64,000 nucleotides of DNA from Leptonemataceae bacterium (GTDB lineage: Bacteria > Spirochaetota > Leptospiria > Leptospirales > Leptonemataceae): assembly GCA_965227295.1 (NCBI GenBank), contig OZ245742.1:5824001-5888000 (forward strand), read 5' to 3'. The notes beneath the pieces are model-generated. The model searched no databases, had not been told where the DNA came from, and saw nothing but the letters and a program-made list of their open reading frames with translations. Shown piece by piece: positions 29,790-38,367 of this stretch (position 1 is its first letter; every line of letters begins with the position of its first letter). The translations under genes were made by a program, and so were the position numbers.

Positions 29790-30293
29790 TTAACCCGCCC
29801 GGCGGAAGCGATCCAGCAGTCGACCGGGATGTTCGATGGTTTCGTCCACGGACTTCTCGAAGTCCTCGAATCCCTTGCGATGCTTCTGTAAGATGTAAAA
29901 CGCCAGCGGAAAGATCAGCATGAGGTTCAGCAAACCGTAGGCCGCGAAAACCACCGGCAACCAGTTCGGATGCACGTCCACGCTCTGCACCAGGTAGTGA
30001 AAGAACAACGGCGACAGCGCCGCGGAGACACAGGCCAGGGCCAGATGCCAGGCGCCGTACGCCGGACGAAAGAGCCGATCAAAGACCATCTCGCGCAAAC
30101 GCAGGGGGACGGCGGAGCGCGGGAGGTCGGCGGCACCGGCGGCGATGCTGCGGGCCACCCGGGCCTCGCTGCGGCCGCGCTGTGTGCCCAGGAAGGCGCG
30201 GGCCTCCGCGCTCAGTTCGTCCGGATTGACACCGTCGGCCCCGGTTTTTTCGTACAGCTCCTGCAGGGCTGATTGATTCGTTTCGTTCTTCAT
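29790..30293 (-). CDS. membrane protein, probable anti-sigma factor
   Basis: ATGA overlap downstream of ECF sigma; two TM helices. Confidence 0.6.
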   Translation of the reverse strand: MKNETNQSALQELYEKTGADGVNPDELSAEARAFLGTQRGRSEARVARSIAAGAADLPRSAVPLRLREMVFDRLFRPAYGAWHLALACVSAALSPLFFHYLVQSVDVHPNWLPVVFAAYGLLNLMLIFPLAFYILQKHRKGFEDFEKSVDETIEHPGRLLDRFRRAG

Positions 30294-30829
30294 AGTTCGA
30301 CCTCCCGGCGTAACAAACGTTCGCGCAGGATCATTTTGCCGCGGTGCAAATATGATTTCAGTGTTCCTTCTTTGATCTCCAGTCGTTCCGCGATGTCTTT
30401 GTAAGGCATCTTTTCAAAGTAGTACAGTATCAACGGTACCCGGTAGACGTCCGGCAAATCGCCGAGTTCTTCCCGTACCGTTCGTTCCAGCTCCGCATCG
30501 CTCAGTTGTTCGATGGGATCGGAACCGTCGTCCGGATCCTGGACGTCGTCGATGACGAAATCCTCGCCGCCGATGTGTTCGCGCATGCGCAGGCGTTTTT
30601 CTTTTTTCAGACGATTGAGCCCCAGATTCAACGCCAGCGAGTACAGCCAGGTGGAAGCCCGGGCATCGCCGCGAAAACTGGCGAGCTTATCGTACGCCCG
30701 CAGATAGACATCCTGCGCGAAGTCCAGGGCATCCTCCTCGTTCCGAAAGAAGCGCAGGCCCAGGTTGTAAATCATGGAAGAGGTGCTTGCAAAAAGCTCT
30801 TCAAAGTCTACCTGATCTTCCTCTCCCAC
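30290..30829 (-). CDS. ECF RNA polymerase sigma factor
   Basis: DALDFAQDVYLRAY..FRG.A..STWLY; YKDIAERLEIKEGTLKSYLHRGK. Confidence 0.93.
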   Translation of the reverse strand: MGEEDQVDFEELFASTSSMIYNLGLRFFRNEEDALDFAQDVYLRAYDKLASFRGDARASTWLYSLALNLGLNRLKKEKRLRMREHIGGEDFVIDDVQDPDDGSDPIEQLSDAELERTVREELGDLPDVYRVPLILYYFEKMPYKDIAERLEIKEGTLKSYLHRGKMILRERLLRREVEL

Positions 30830-30859
30830 GCTTACGCCGGCTCCCGATCCCGAGGACCG

Positions 30860-31270
30860 TCAGTTTACCTTCGCATGCGAGAAGAGATAAAACAACAGGA
30901 AACCCACGCCCGCGAACAGGGGCAGCAGTCCTCCCAGCAGGACGTAGTTCAATCCTTCCATGGCCGCAAAGAGGACCGTCATCGGCAAGCCCACGGAAAC
31001 GCTCAACAGGCCGATGAGCAGACTCACCAGGCGGATGTTCTTCGCGAACATGGGCTGGTACTGGCCGGCGCGGATCATCTCCCGCCGGAGTCGGTACTGC
31101 CATAGCAGAAAGAAGAACAACAGCACGCAGCCGAAGACCACGCCCAGCAACGGAACCAGCGCGAGCAGAATTTCCGGGGCCGTGCTTTCGCGCGGGCCGG
31201 CCTGTTCTACGAGACCGGCCAGCCGCTCCACGGCCGCCGACAATCGCTGGATTTCCAGTTCTACATCCAT
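30860..31270 (-). CDS. 3-TM membrane protein (DUF6249-like) upstream of ECF sigma
   Basis: Three hydrophobic helices, R.EMI..G motif, GLLPLFAGVGFLLFY; typical position before ECF genes. Confidence 0.65.
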   Translation of the reverse strand: MDVELEIQRLSAAVERLAGLVEQAGPRESTAPEILLALVPLLGVVFGCVLLFFFLLWQYRLRREMIRAGQYQPMFAKNIRLVSLLIGLLSVSVGLPMTVLFAAMEGLNYVLLGGLLPLFAGVGFLLFYLFSHAKVN

Positions 31271-31281
31271 TCGCTCAGTAT

Positions 31282-31308
31282 GAACACGGGCGGCCTCGAA
31301 GAGTTGCA
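31282..31308 (-). promoter_or_regulatory. candidate ECF-type promoter (TGCAAC...CGTGTTC)
   Basis: AAC-containing -35 and GT-containing -10 directly upstream of the DUF6249-ECF operon. Confidence 0.35.
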
Positions 31309-31361
31309 AAAAATCGCCGCCGACCCGAATATAAAGGGAGAATATCTAATGGCATTTGTTT

Positions 31362-31489
31362 GGGCGTGCCCCTCGCTGCGCTCGGGTCGGGCTGCTCCGG
31401 GCTCGCGCATTCGCGCTCGTTCCTTCGTTCGCTTCGCTCACTACGGAATTGCGCTTGCGCGCAACCCTGCGCATCCCTCACGCGAAGAG
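31362..31489 (+). ncRNA. structured repeat, Flavo-1-like RNA motif (copy A)
   Basis: gggcgtgcc..gtcgggc..ctccgggctc..accctgcgcatccctcacgcgaagag; homologous to 45072-45190; Flavo-1 assignment is from memory. Confidence 0.55.
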
Positions 31490-31564
31490 GCGCTCACTTG
31501 CATTCGCAAACCAGCACCATCATCTTTACTCTGTGTTCTCTGTGCCTCTGTGGCCAAAAGTACT

Positions 31565-32101
31565 TCAGATCACTTTCTCGATATCCATGGCATCGACCTC
31601 TGCCGACACCATTTGATTCAACAACGGCACGTGAATGCAGATACGCTGTTTATTTTTGACGCGGACCACGACGCCGCGGACGCCCTTTAGCGGACCGTAG
31701 CGCACTTCGATCTCCTGGCCGGGCGGGAAGTTTGCGTCGGGGTCGGCCTGTAGATCCAGGGCGTTTTCGACCAGGAGTTTCAGGTTCGCGACGTCCTCCT
31801 CACGCATGGGCTGGGGCAATCCTTCCAGGCGAATGAAGTCGAGAGCGCCGTTGTGTTGCAGGATCGTGCGAAAGCCGTCGAACCAGTCGAAGCGTACGAA
31901 GATGTAACCGGGAAACAGGGGGAAGTCGATCATCTTCACACGATCGGACCACTTGCGTTTTTTTGCAATCAGCGGCAGATAGAATTCCACGCCTTTCTTT
32001 TGTAGGTAGGCCGCCACCTTCTTTTCGTGCTGGGGCATGGTGCGCAGAGTATACCAGCGTTGGCCGGGTTGCGCGCGCTTCGTGTCCTGGTCGCCGGTCA
32101 C
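31565..32101 (-). CDS. UpxY/RfaH/LoaP-like NusG paralog (transcription antiterminator)
   Basis: WYTLRTMPQHEKKV..RKWSDRVK..PLFPGYIFV; KOW GPLKG; GTG start overlaps neuB stop. Confidence 0.9.
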   Translation of the reverse strand: MTGDQDTKRAQPGQRWYTLRTMPQHEKKVAAYLQKKGVEFYLPLIAKKRKWSDRVKMIDFPLFPGYIFVRFDWFDGFRTILQHNGALDFIRLEGLPQPMREEDVANLKLLVENALDLQADPDANFPPGQEIEVRYGPLKGVRGVVVRVKNKQRICIHVPLLNQMVSAEVDAMDIEKVI

Positions 32102-33192
32102 GGCGCGGCCCCGTCGAGCAGACTTACCGGCAGGGCATCGCCCATCGCGAAGTTTTCCGGGGCCGCCACGCCGATCAGCGCGGACAGTCGATCCGCGGGG
32201 ATGCCGCCGCCCGGACGTTGTGCGATTAACATATCTTCCGTAATTGTTTGCCCGGAGGAGATAGCGGTTCGGGCGTACACCGAACGTCGGCCGCCGGCGC
32301 GCACGGTGGCTTCGCAGGGTTGCATGGTCTTCGCGAGAGACGGCTCCTCGGTGGGTATCGGTCGCGGATGCTCTGCAAAGGCAGCGGCGACGGCATCGGC
32401 CAGGCGACGAAAGTCCGCGGGATCCAGGGAGAGTTGCTGATCCGGCCCGGGCAGATTGCGGTCGATGGTGAAGTGCCGCTCGACGGCCCGCGCTCCGTAC
32501 CGCACGGCCTCGACGCTGACCTCGTTGCCCGTGCAGTGATCGGAGATGCCGGTGAGGCATTCGTAGCGCGCAGCCCACCGCGAAACCAGGGCCGGCCGAT
32601 AGTCGGCCGGATTCGCCGGATACGAAGAAACGCATTCAAAGATCAGAAAAGCCGGCACCGCCCGACCCGCCGGCGCCCCGTCTCGCAACCAGCCGACCGC
32701 CCGGGCGACCTCCGCTTCTTCGGCCGTGCCGGTGCTGAACAAAACGTGCCAGCGCCGGTCGGCAGCGATCTTCGCAAACAGATCGCGGTGGTTAATATCA
32801 CACGAAGCAATCTTAAGCAGCCGGCAGTCCAGTTCCCGGTACAACTCCAGCGCGGCGTCGTCGAAGACCGAACAAAAGAAGTCCAGCCCCAGATCCTCGC
32901 GCACGTACGCGGCGAGTTCCTTCCACTCGCCCGGCTGTAGTTCGAACTGCCGGAAGAACTCCTGCAATGTGCCGGGCGGGCCGTCTCCCAGACGCGCGTT
33001 GGCGTTCAGGAACGCCGCGGCATCGTACAGCTGAAACTTGGCCGCGTGGGCACCGGCGTCCCGGGCCGCGGCGGCAATGCGTTTCGCCAGGGCTAAATCC
33101 CCGTTATGATTCAGGCCGATCTCGGCGATGAGATACGGCGGCGCGTCCAGGGCAATGCGATGGAATTCGCTCTGTATGACAGGGGCGGTCAT
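32098..33192 (-). CDS. N-acetylneuraminate synthase family protein (NeuB/SpsE/PseI-like, C-terminal SAF domain)
   Basis: LIAEIGLNHNGD, AKFQ, KIAS, STG, CVSSYP, GISDH, ERHFT..GPD. Confidence 0.92.
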   Translation of the reverse strand: MTAPVIQSEFHRIALDAPPYLIAEIGLNHNGDLALAKRIAAAARDAGAHAAKFQLYDAAAFLNANARLGDGPPGTLQEFFRQFELQPGEWKELAAYVREDLGLDFFCSVFDDAALELYRELDCRLLKIASCDINHRDLFAKIAADRRWHVLFSTGTAEEAEVARAVGWLRDGAPAGRAVPAFLIFECVSSYPANPADYRPALVSRWAARYECLTGISDHCTGNEVSVEAVRYGARAVERHFTIDRNLPGPDQQLSLDPADFRRLADAVAAAFAEHPRPIPTEEPSLAKTMQPCEATVRAGGRRSVYARTAISSGQTITEDMLIAQRPGGGIPADRLSALIGVAAPENFAMGDALPVSLLDGAAP

Positions 33193-33277
33193 AGTTCGAC
33201 GTTTCCACAGGATCCTGCCCCGCCCTGCCGGTCAAAATGTTATTGATCCACCGACCCGCGCGGCGGCATGTTCCGAT

Positions 33278-34780
33278 GTGCCCGACAGATTTCGGAACAT
33301 CGGCGCCTATCTGCGCTACCAGTGTAGTCTCTACGAAGACCTGACCGCGCTGCGCTTCTATCGCAACTATCGTCCCCGCGAGGTCAGCTACCGGCTCCTG
33401 GGCGAGCTGGCGTCGGCCGTGGCCCTGGGCATGCGGCGCGCCGGCAAACTGCGCAGCGGTGATCGCGTCTGTATCGTCGGTGAATCTTCGGCGGAGTGGA
33501 TCGTCGCCTTCACGGCAACGCACTTTGCCGGCGGTGTCGACGTCGCCTTTGAATCGTACGCCGACGAACGCAAGATCCGTCGCATCATGCAACGCATGAA
33601 CGCGAAAGTACTGTTCTGCGATCGCGAGGGCCTGGTGCGTGCGCTGGCGAAGGACTCCGAATTTCTATGCGTGCACTTGAGCTGGCGCATCGTTCCGGAA
33701 GGGGCGTCTTACATGAGCCTCGCGGATCTGCGTCGGGAGGGCGACAGGAGCGGCGGCGCGACGGCGGTCGCGGAGCGATTGCGGCGCGGGCGCCTGCCGG
33801 ACGATCCCGCTTCGATTCTCTTTAAGCGCAGCGACCTGCGCCGGGAGAATCCCCGGGGCATAGTGCTCACGCATCGCGCGGTGCTGACGAACGCGCGTTC
33901 CTTCAACTCCATCTTTCCCGTGCAGGCGGGCGACGCACTACTGAGCGCGCTCCCGCTGTGGCATTCCTCCGGACGGCTGGCGCTCTACTTCGCCGTCGAC
34001 TCGGGCACGCCGCTGTGTCTTTCCAACGACACGGACTTTCTTACGGACCTGAAACGATTCGCGCCGACCCTCGCCATCGCCACTCCGGAAACCATCGAAA
34101 AGGTGTTTCGGCATCTACGCGAAGGCGCGCCGGGCGAGTCCTCTTCGATCGTAATGTTACGTCGCCTGCACTTAAAGCTCTGTCGCTTTTACTATCGTTG
34201 GGAAGACCTGCTCGGGGAACTGAGCGAGGGTCGCACGGACGACGCCCTGGCCTACTTCTTCGCGCGTTTGATGATGTTCGTATTGTTTCCGGTGAAGTTC
34301 GCCGGGGATACGCTCTTGCGCATGGCGGTGCTCCGTGGATTCGGCGGGCGTCTGCGGGCCATTCTTTCCGGCGGCGGCATGCTGGCCACGGCCTACGAAG
34401 ATCTCTTTCGCATGCTGGGCATTCCGGTTTTGCAGGGTTACTGGCTGACCGAGGCCGCTCACATTGTGGCCTGCCGCACGCTGGAGTTTACGGGGCAGGA
34501 ACGCCGGCTCGCGGCGAGCACCGTGGGGCCGGCCCTTCCGGGCGTGGAACTCAAGATCGTCGATCACCGCGGCGACGACGTCTCCAACGTGCCCGGCGCC
34601 GAAGGACAAATTCTCGTGCGCTCGGGTTCGATTATGCAGGGTTATTATCGTGATCCCGCGTTGACGGGCGATGTGCTGGGCGAGAGCGGCTGGCTTCGGA
34701 CCGGCGACCGCGGTCGATTGACGCCGGGCGGCGACCTGGTGCTGCTGGGCAAAGAAGGTCGACCGGCGGGATTGGATTAA
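33278..34780 (+). CDS. degenerate long-chain acyl-CoA synthetase-like (AMP-binding) protein
   Basis: LSALPLWH, SGGG, QGYWLTE, MQGYY, GWLRTGDRG; start uncertain; P-loop degenerate and C-terminal subdomain absent. Confidence 0.8.
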   Translation: MPDRFRNIGAYLRYQCSLYEDLTALRFYRNYRPREVSYRLLGELASAVALGMRRAGKLRSGDRVCIVGESSAEWIVAFTATHFAGGVDVAFESYADERKIRRIMQRMNAKVLFCDREGLVRALAKDSEFLCVHLSWRIVPEGASYMSLADLRREGDRSGGATAVAERLRRGRLPDDPASILFKRSDLRRENPRGIVLTHRAVLTNARSFNSIFPVQAGDALLSALPLWHSSGRLALYFAVDSGTPLCLSNDTDFLTDLKRFAPTLAIATPETIEKVFRHLREGAPGESSSIVMLRRLHLKLCRFYYRWEDLLGELSEGRTDDALAYFFARLMMFVLFPVKFAGDTLLRMAVLRGFGGRLRAILSGGGMLATAYEDLFRMLGIPVLQGYWLTEAAHIVACRTLEFTGQERRLAASTVGPALPGVELKIVDHRGDDVSNVPGAEGQILVRSGSIMQGYYRDPALTGDVLGESGWLRTGDRGRLTPGGDLVLLGKEGRPAGLD

Positions 34781-34842
34781 GTCGTGCCGGGCAGAAGTTA
34801 GCAAAGATCAAAGCAGGCCGAGTTTCCGGAGTTCTTCGTCGC

Positions 34843-35060
34843 TCAGGCCCGTGATATCGCGAATGAATTCCAGGGATTGGCCTTTCTCCGCAAGACGGCG
34901 CGCGGTGGCGAGACGTTCAGCGGGCGCTCGATCGTGTCAACAACTTCCGGGCCGCCCTTGAGCAGCGGGAGTATCGGCAGGACCGCCAGGTCCTCGTCCA
35001 GGAAGTCCCGCGCATCATACTCCCACAGGCGAATCAAATCAAACTGAAAACGCAACCGGC
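34843..35060 (-). pseudogene. possible fragment of an Rpn/PD-(D/E)XK putative-transposase family gene
   Basis: FQFDLIRLWEYDARDFL..LPILPLLKGG resembles the central segment of that family; no N-terminal nuclease part. Confidence 0.45.
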
Positions 35061-35128
35061 GACAAAATCGGCACCTGCGCGTGAAAAAAACTCGCGCGGA
35101 TCGAAAAAAATGCCAGGCTGCCGCGAGA

Positions 35129-35746
35129 ATGAGCATCGAACAAAGCGCCGGATCCGGCTACCGCAACACCTACTACGTCCTGCGTCACGGCATCAGCATC
35201 GCCAACGAAGAAGAACTGATCGTCTCGCAACCGGAAAACGGCGTGGGCAACTACGGACTCAGTGCAAACGGCGTCCCGCACACCGAAGAACGACTGCGCC
35301 CGGCCTACGTGGACGCGCGCTTCGGCTTTCAGTTTTCCCGGGATACTACGATCGTTTTTACCTCGGACTTCGCCCGGGCTTCGGAAACGGCGGCCATCTT
35401 CGTACGCATGTTCGATCTCGACGAAGCACGCATCGACGAGCGCCTGCGCGAGCGTAACTTCGGGTCGCTGGAACTTAAGTCCAGCAAAGAGTACAATCGC
35501 GTGTGGGCCTTCGACGAACAGCGCGTCGATCATAGCGAGTTCGACGCCGAGTCCACGGCAAAGGTCGCCGCGCGGTTGCAGGCCTTTCTGGACGAGTGCG
35601 AGAAGAATCACGCGGGCAAACACATCGTCTGCGTTTCCCACGGGGACCCCTCGCAGATCTTTCAGACGATCTTTGCAGGTCTCGCGCCGAATAAACACCG
35701 CACTCTGCCGCACCTGGAAAACGCGGAGTTGCGGAAACTCAACTGA
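35129..35746 (+). CDS. histidine phosphatase (phosphoglycerate mutase family)
   Basis: LRHG, SDFARASETA, LRERNFG, VSHGD. Confidence 0.93.
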   Translation: MSIEQSAGSGYRNTYYVLRHGISIANEEELIVSQPENGVGNYGLSANGVPHTEERLRPAYVDARFGFQFSRDTTIVFTSDFARASETAAIFVRMFDLDEARIDERLRERNFGSLELKSSKEYNRVWAFDEQRVDHSEFDAESTAKVAARLQAFLDECEKNHAGKHIVCVSHGDPSQIFQTIFAGLAPNKHRTLPHLENAELRKLN

Positions 35747-35779
35747 CTTTCAGAAGCTTAAGAGCCGCGGGTATTGCGG

Positions 35780-35798
35780 CGAAGACGCCGTTCCGGTC
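35780..35798. repeat. short 19-bp copy of the duplicated element end (cgaagacgccgttccggtc)
   Basis: Exact match to the first 19 bp of 35883 and 36211. Confidence 0.9.
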
Positions 35799-35882
35799 GG
35801 CCGGGCGCGAAGGCGCACTCGCTCCGCCCCGCGGATAGAGCGGGGCTCCGGAGTGCGCCTTTGCTTGATGTTTTTTCCGAAG

Positions 35883-36050
35883 CGAAGACGCCGTTCCGGT
35901 CCGCCTTACCACGTTCCCCGGCATAACCTCCGCACGTCGGCTGGAACCAGCCGTACCCATCAAAGGCTTAATATAAACTGGCCTTCACTTACTTCACAAT
36001 TCGGGGCGTGTGCGAACTGCCCGGGTGTTCCCGGTAGTTCAAGAACCGCG
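35883..36050 (-). repeat. duplicated intergenic element copy 1 (78-bp core + promoter-like flank), candidate sRNA gene
   Basis: 35883-35960 identical to 36211-36288; the next 56 bp differ at 11 positions. Confidence 0.85.
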
Positions 36051-36210
36051 GTCCGTCGCGTTTGCCGCTGGAAACGTGAAGTAAATTGCGCAACCGTGAA
36101 AGGTCTTTTTGGCTACGGCTCTTCGGAGTTGTGGTGATTCGTTTTGCAAAGAATGCTGCGCTCGACCCGGACGCAGGTTTGCGACTCAGCGATCGTAACG
36201 TTTCTTACGA

Positions 36211-36379
36211 CGAAGACGCCGTTCCGGTCCGCCTTACCACGTTCCCCGGCATAACCTCCGCACGTCGGCTGGAACCAGCCGTACCCATAAAAGCCTTAAT
36301 GTATACTGACCGCCACTTACACCACGATCCGGGGCGTGTGCGAAAAAACCTGAGCGCTTTCCGTAGTTCAAGAGCTGCG
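36211..36379 (-). repeat. duplicated intergenic element copy 2
   Basis: Direct repeat of 35883-36050 at 328-bp offset. Confidence 0.85.
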
Positions 36380-36395
36380 CGTGGCGTGTCCGTAC

Positions 36396-38216
36396 TTACG
36401 TCTCCACGGCGGGATTCTTGAGGTGCTGGTGGTACGCCGCAAAGATGTCGTGGTAGCGCAGGTAGCCCTGGACCTTTTCTTCGGCATCGACGATGGCGAC
36501 TTTGTCCGTCTCGGATTCGGTGATGATGCGCAACGCCCGGGCCAGGGAATCGTCCGGGGTTACGGCGGCCACCCCGGTATCGGCGACGTCGTCGACCGTT
36601 ACGAGGCCGCGAATCGCCTGCATGTCCGAGGTAAGGCGGACCTTTTTTAACGAGAGCACGCCGTGGTACGTGCCGTCGGCGTTCGCGACGATGAAGTCGC
36701 TCGCCTGGAGTTCGAAGGAAAGTTCTTCCAGTTCCCCGAGCAACTGTGAGCGCGCAATAATGGCCCGATTGCGCAACGTCGGAAACTCGTCGCGGATGCG
36801 CAGTTGATTGAGGATGTCCAGTTGCATGTCCCAGTAGTGCGCCGGGGACTTGAAACGATTCAGGGCCTGCTCTTTATAGAGCGACCACTTGTGCGACATG
36901 ATGAACGCGATCATCGAAACGATCATCAGCGGCGGGAGCAGTGTGTACGTGCCGACGATGTCGCAGACCATGATCATCGCGGCGAAGGGCGCCCGGGCCA
37001 CGCCGGCGAAGAACGAACCCATGCCGACCACCATGAACGGGGCGATGTGTATGTCCCAACCGGGCAGCAGGTACTGACCCAGGGCGGCGACGAAACCGCC
37101 CAGCATGGCGCCGATGAACAACGACGGCGCAAACAGCCCGCCCGACCCGCCGGAGCCGATCGTAAACGAAGTCGTAAAGATCTTTAAGAACGTAATAAAC
37201 AGGAACATGCCCGCGAGGGCCAGGGTGTTTTCCGAACCCGGCAACGGACTGCGGCCGTTCAGCACCTCGTAGAGATAACCGAAGCCGCTGCCGATCGCTT
37301 CCGGAAAGATCAACGCCACCGCGCCGACGAAGACGCCGCCCACCGCCGGCTTGAGAATGCGATGGATGGGCAGCCAGGTAAAGAAATTCTCTACGGCATG
37401 GAAGATGCGCACGTAGACGTACCCCACCGAGTAACACGTTAACCCCAACAGAACGTAAATTAAGATCTCACGCAAATCGTTCAGCGCAATGATCGTACCG
37501 AGCTGGAACATCGAGCCCGGCCCCGCGATGGTCGTGAACGTGAGGTAGCCCGTAACCGAAGCGATGATGCACGGGACCAGGGAATCGCTCTCGATGTCTT
37601 CTTTGTAAATAATCTCCACCGCCACCATGGCGCCGCCGAGGGGGGCCTTAAAGATGGCGCCGAGACCGCCGGCAGTTCCCGCGAGCAAGAGCGTGCGCCG
37701 CGCCCGCGGACCGGCGCCGAGCAGATTGGCAAACCAGGAACCGAGGCCCGCACCGACGAACGCCGTAGGCCCTTCCCGTCCGGCGCTGCCGCCGGTGGAG
37801 AGCGTGCAGATTGTACCGAGCGCCTTGAACAAAGGACCGCGTCCTTTGATGCGCCCTTCTTTTTGATGAAAGGCGTGCACGAGGTTATCCGTGCCGGCGC
37901 CGGCGACTTCATCGTAGAAGAAGTGCGCGATCAATCCCACGACCAGGCCGCCGATGATCGGCAATGCGAAGAGTAAGTACGGATTCACGTGGGCCGCAGC
38001 CCCGGCCAGCTCCAGATCCAGGTGGATCTCCCCCGGCGGATGGACGCCGTGCACGCCGGCGAGATAGCGCTGGAGAAAGTATTCGGCGTACGCCAGGCCG
38101 TAACTGAAAAGCACGGCAAAGAGACCGGAGAACAGTCCGATCAGAACCGAGTAAAAGTACATCTGGCGCGGGGAACGAATGCGAAGAATATCACGGCCGC
38201 GCTGCCAGACGCTCAT
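36396..38216 (-). CDS. CLC chloride channel/antiporter with CBS domains
   Basis: GAGTD, GGSAGREGP, GGSGGLFAPSLFIG, C-terminal CBS pair. Confidence 0.95.
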   Translation of the reverse strand: MSVWQRGRDILRIRSPRQMYFYSVLIGLFSGLFAVLFSYGLAYAEYFLQRYLAGVHGVHPPGEIHLDLELAGAAAHVNPYLLFALPIIGGLVVGLIAHFFYDEVAGAGTDNLVHAFHQKEGRIKGRGPLFKALGTICTLSTGGSAGREGPTAFVGAGLGSWFANLLGAGPRARRTLLLAGTAGGLGAIFKAPLGGAMVAVEIIYKEDIESDSLVPCIIASVTGYLTFTTIAGPGSMFQLGTIIALNDLREILIYVLLGLTCYSVGYVYVRIFHAVENFFTWLPIHRILKPAVGGVFVGAVALIFPEAIGSGFGYLYEVLNGRSPLPGSENTLALAGMFLFITFLKIFTTSFTIGSGGSGGLFAPSLFIGAMLGGFVAALGQYLLPGWDIHIAPFMVVGMGSFFAGVARAPFAAMIMVCDIVGTYTLLPPLMIVSMIAFIMSHKWSLYKEQALNRFKSPAHYWDMQLDILNQLRIRDEFPTLRNRAIIARSQLLGELEELSFELQASDFIVANADGTYHGVLSLKKVRLTSDMQAIRGLVTVDDVADTGVAAVTPDDSLARALRIITESETDKVAIVDAEEKVQGYLRYHDIFAAYHQHLKNPAVET

Positions 38217-38367
38217 CCTGTCACGCTATGCGCATTGGCCAGGATGACAAATACATTCAATCTTACTGCCCGGCCGGAAACCTGGCTTGACCGGACGATC
38301 TTCCGTACGCAATCTGTAACCTGCGCCGATGGTCGGCGTTGTTCGGGACACCGCTATGCACTCCGAT

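Noticed and set aside
31565..32635. 356-aa long form of the NusG-paralog ORF
   Set aside because: N-terminal 178 codons overlap neuB in another frame; GTG at 32101 gives a normal-length protein
35883..35910. SRP RNA (GGACCGGAA resemblance)
   Set aside because: Lacks the conserved AGCAG internal-loop strand and the long enclosing helix
35739..35963. Small ORF MMGTAGSSRRAEVMPGNVVRR... or a DGR template repeat
   Set aside because: The two cores have no synonymous or adenine-specific differences, there is no reverse transcriptase nearby, and downstream frames are unrelated; a short peptide cannot be fully excluded
35780..36288. CRISPR array
   Set aside because: Only three copies, irregular spacing (103 and 328 bp), two embedded in longer repeats, and no cas genes in the window
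36289..36317. dif/XerCD site (..cttaa tgtata..)
   Set aside because: Central hexamer matches but there is no XerD arm (TTATGTTAAAT), and copy 1 lacks the hexamer
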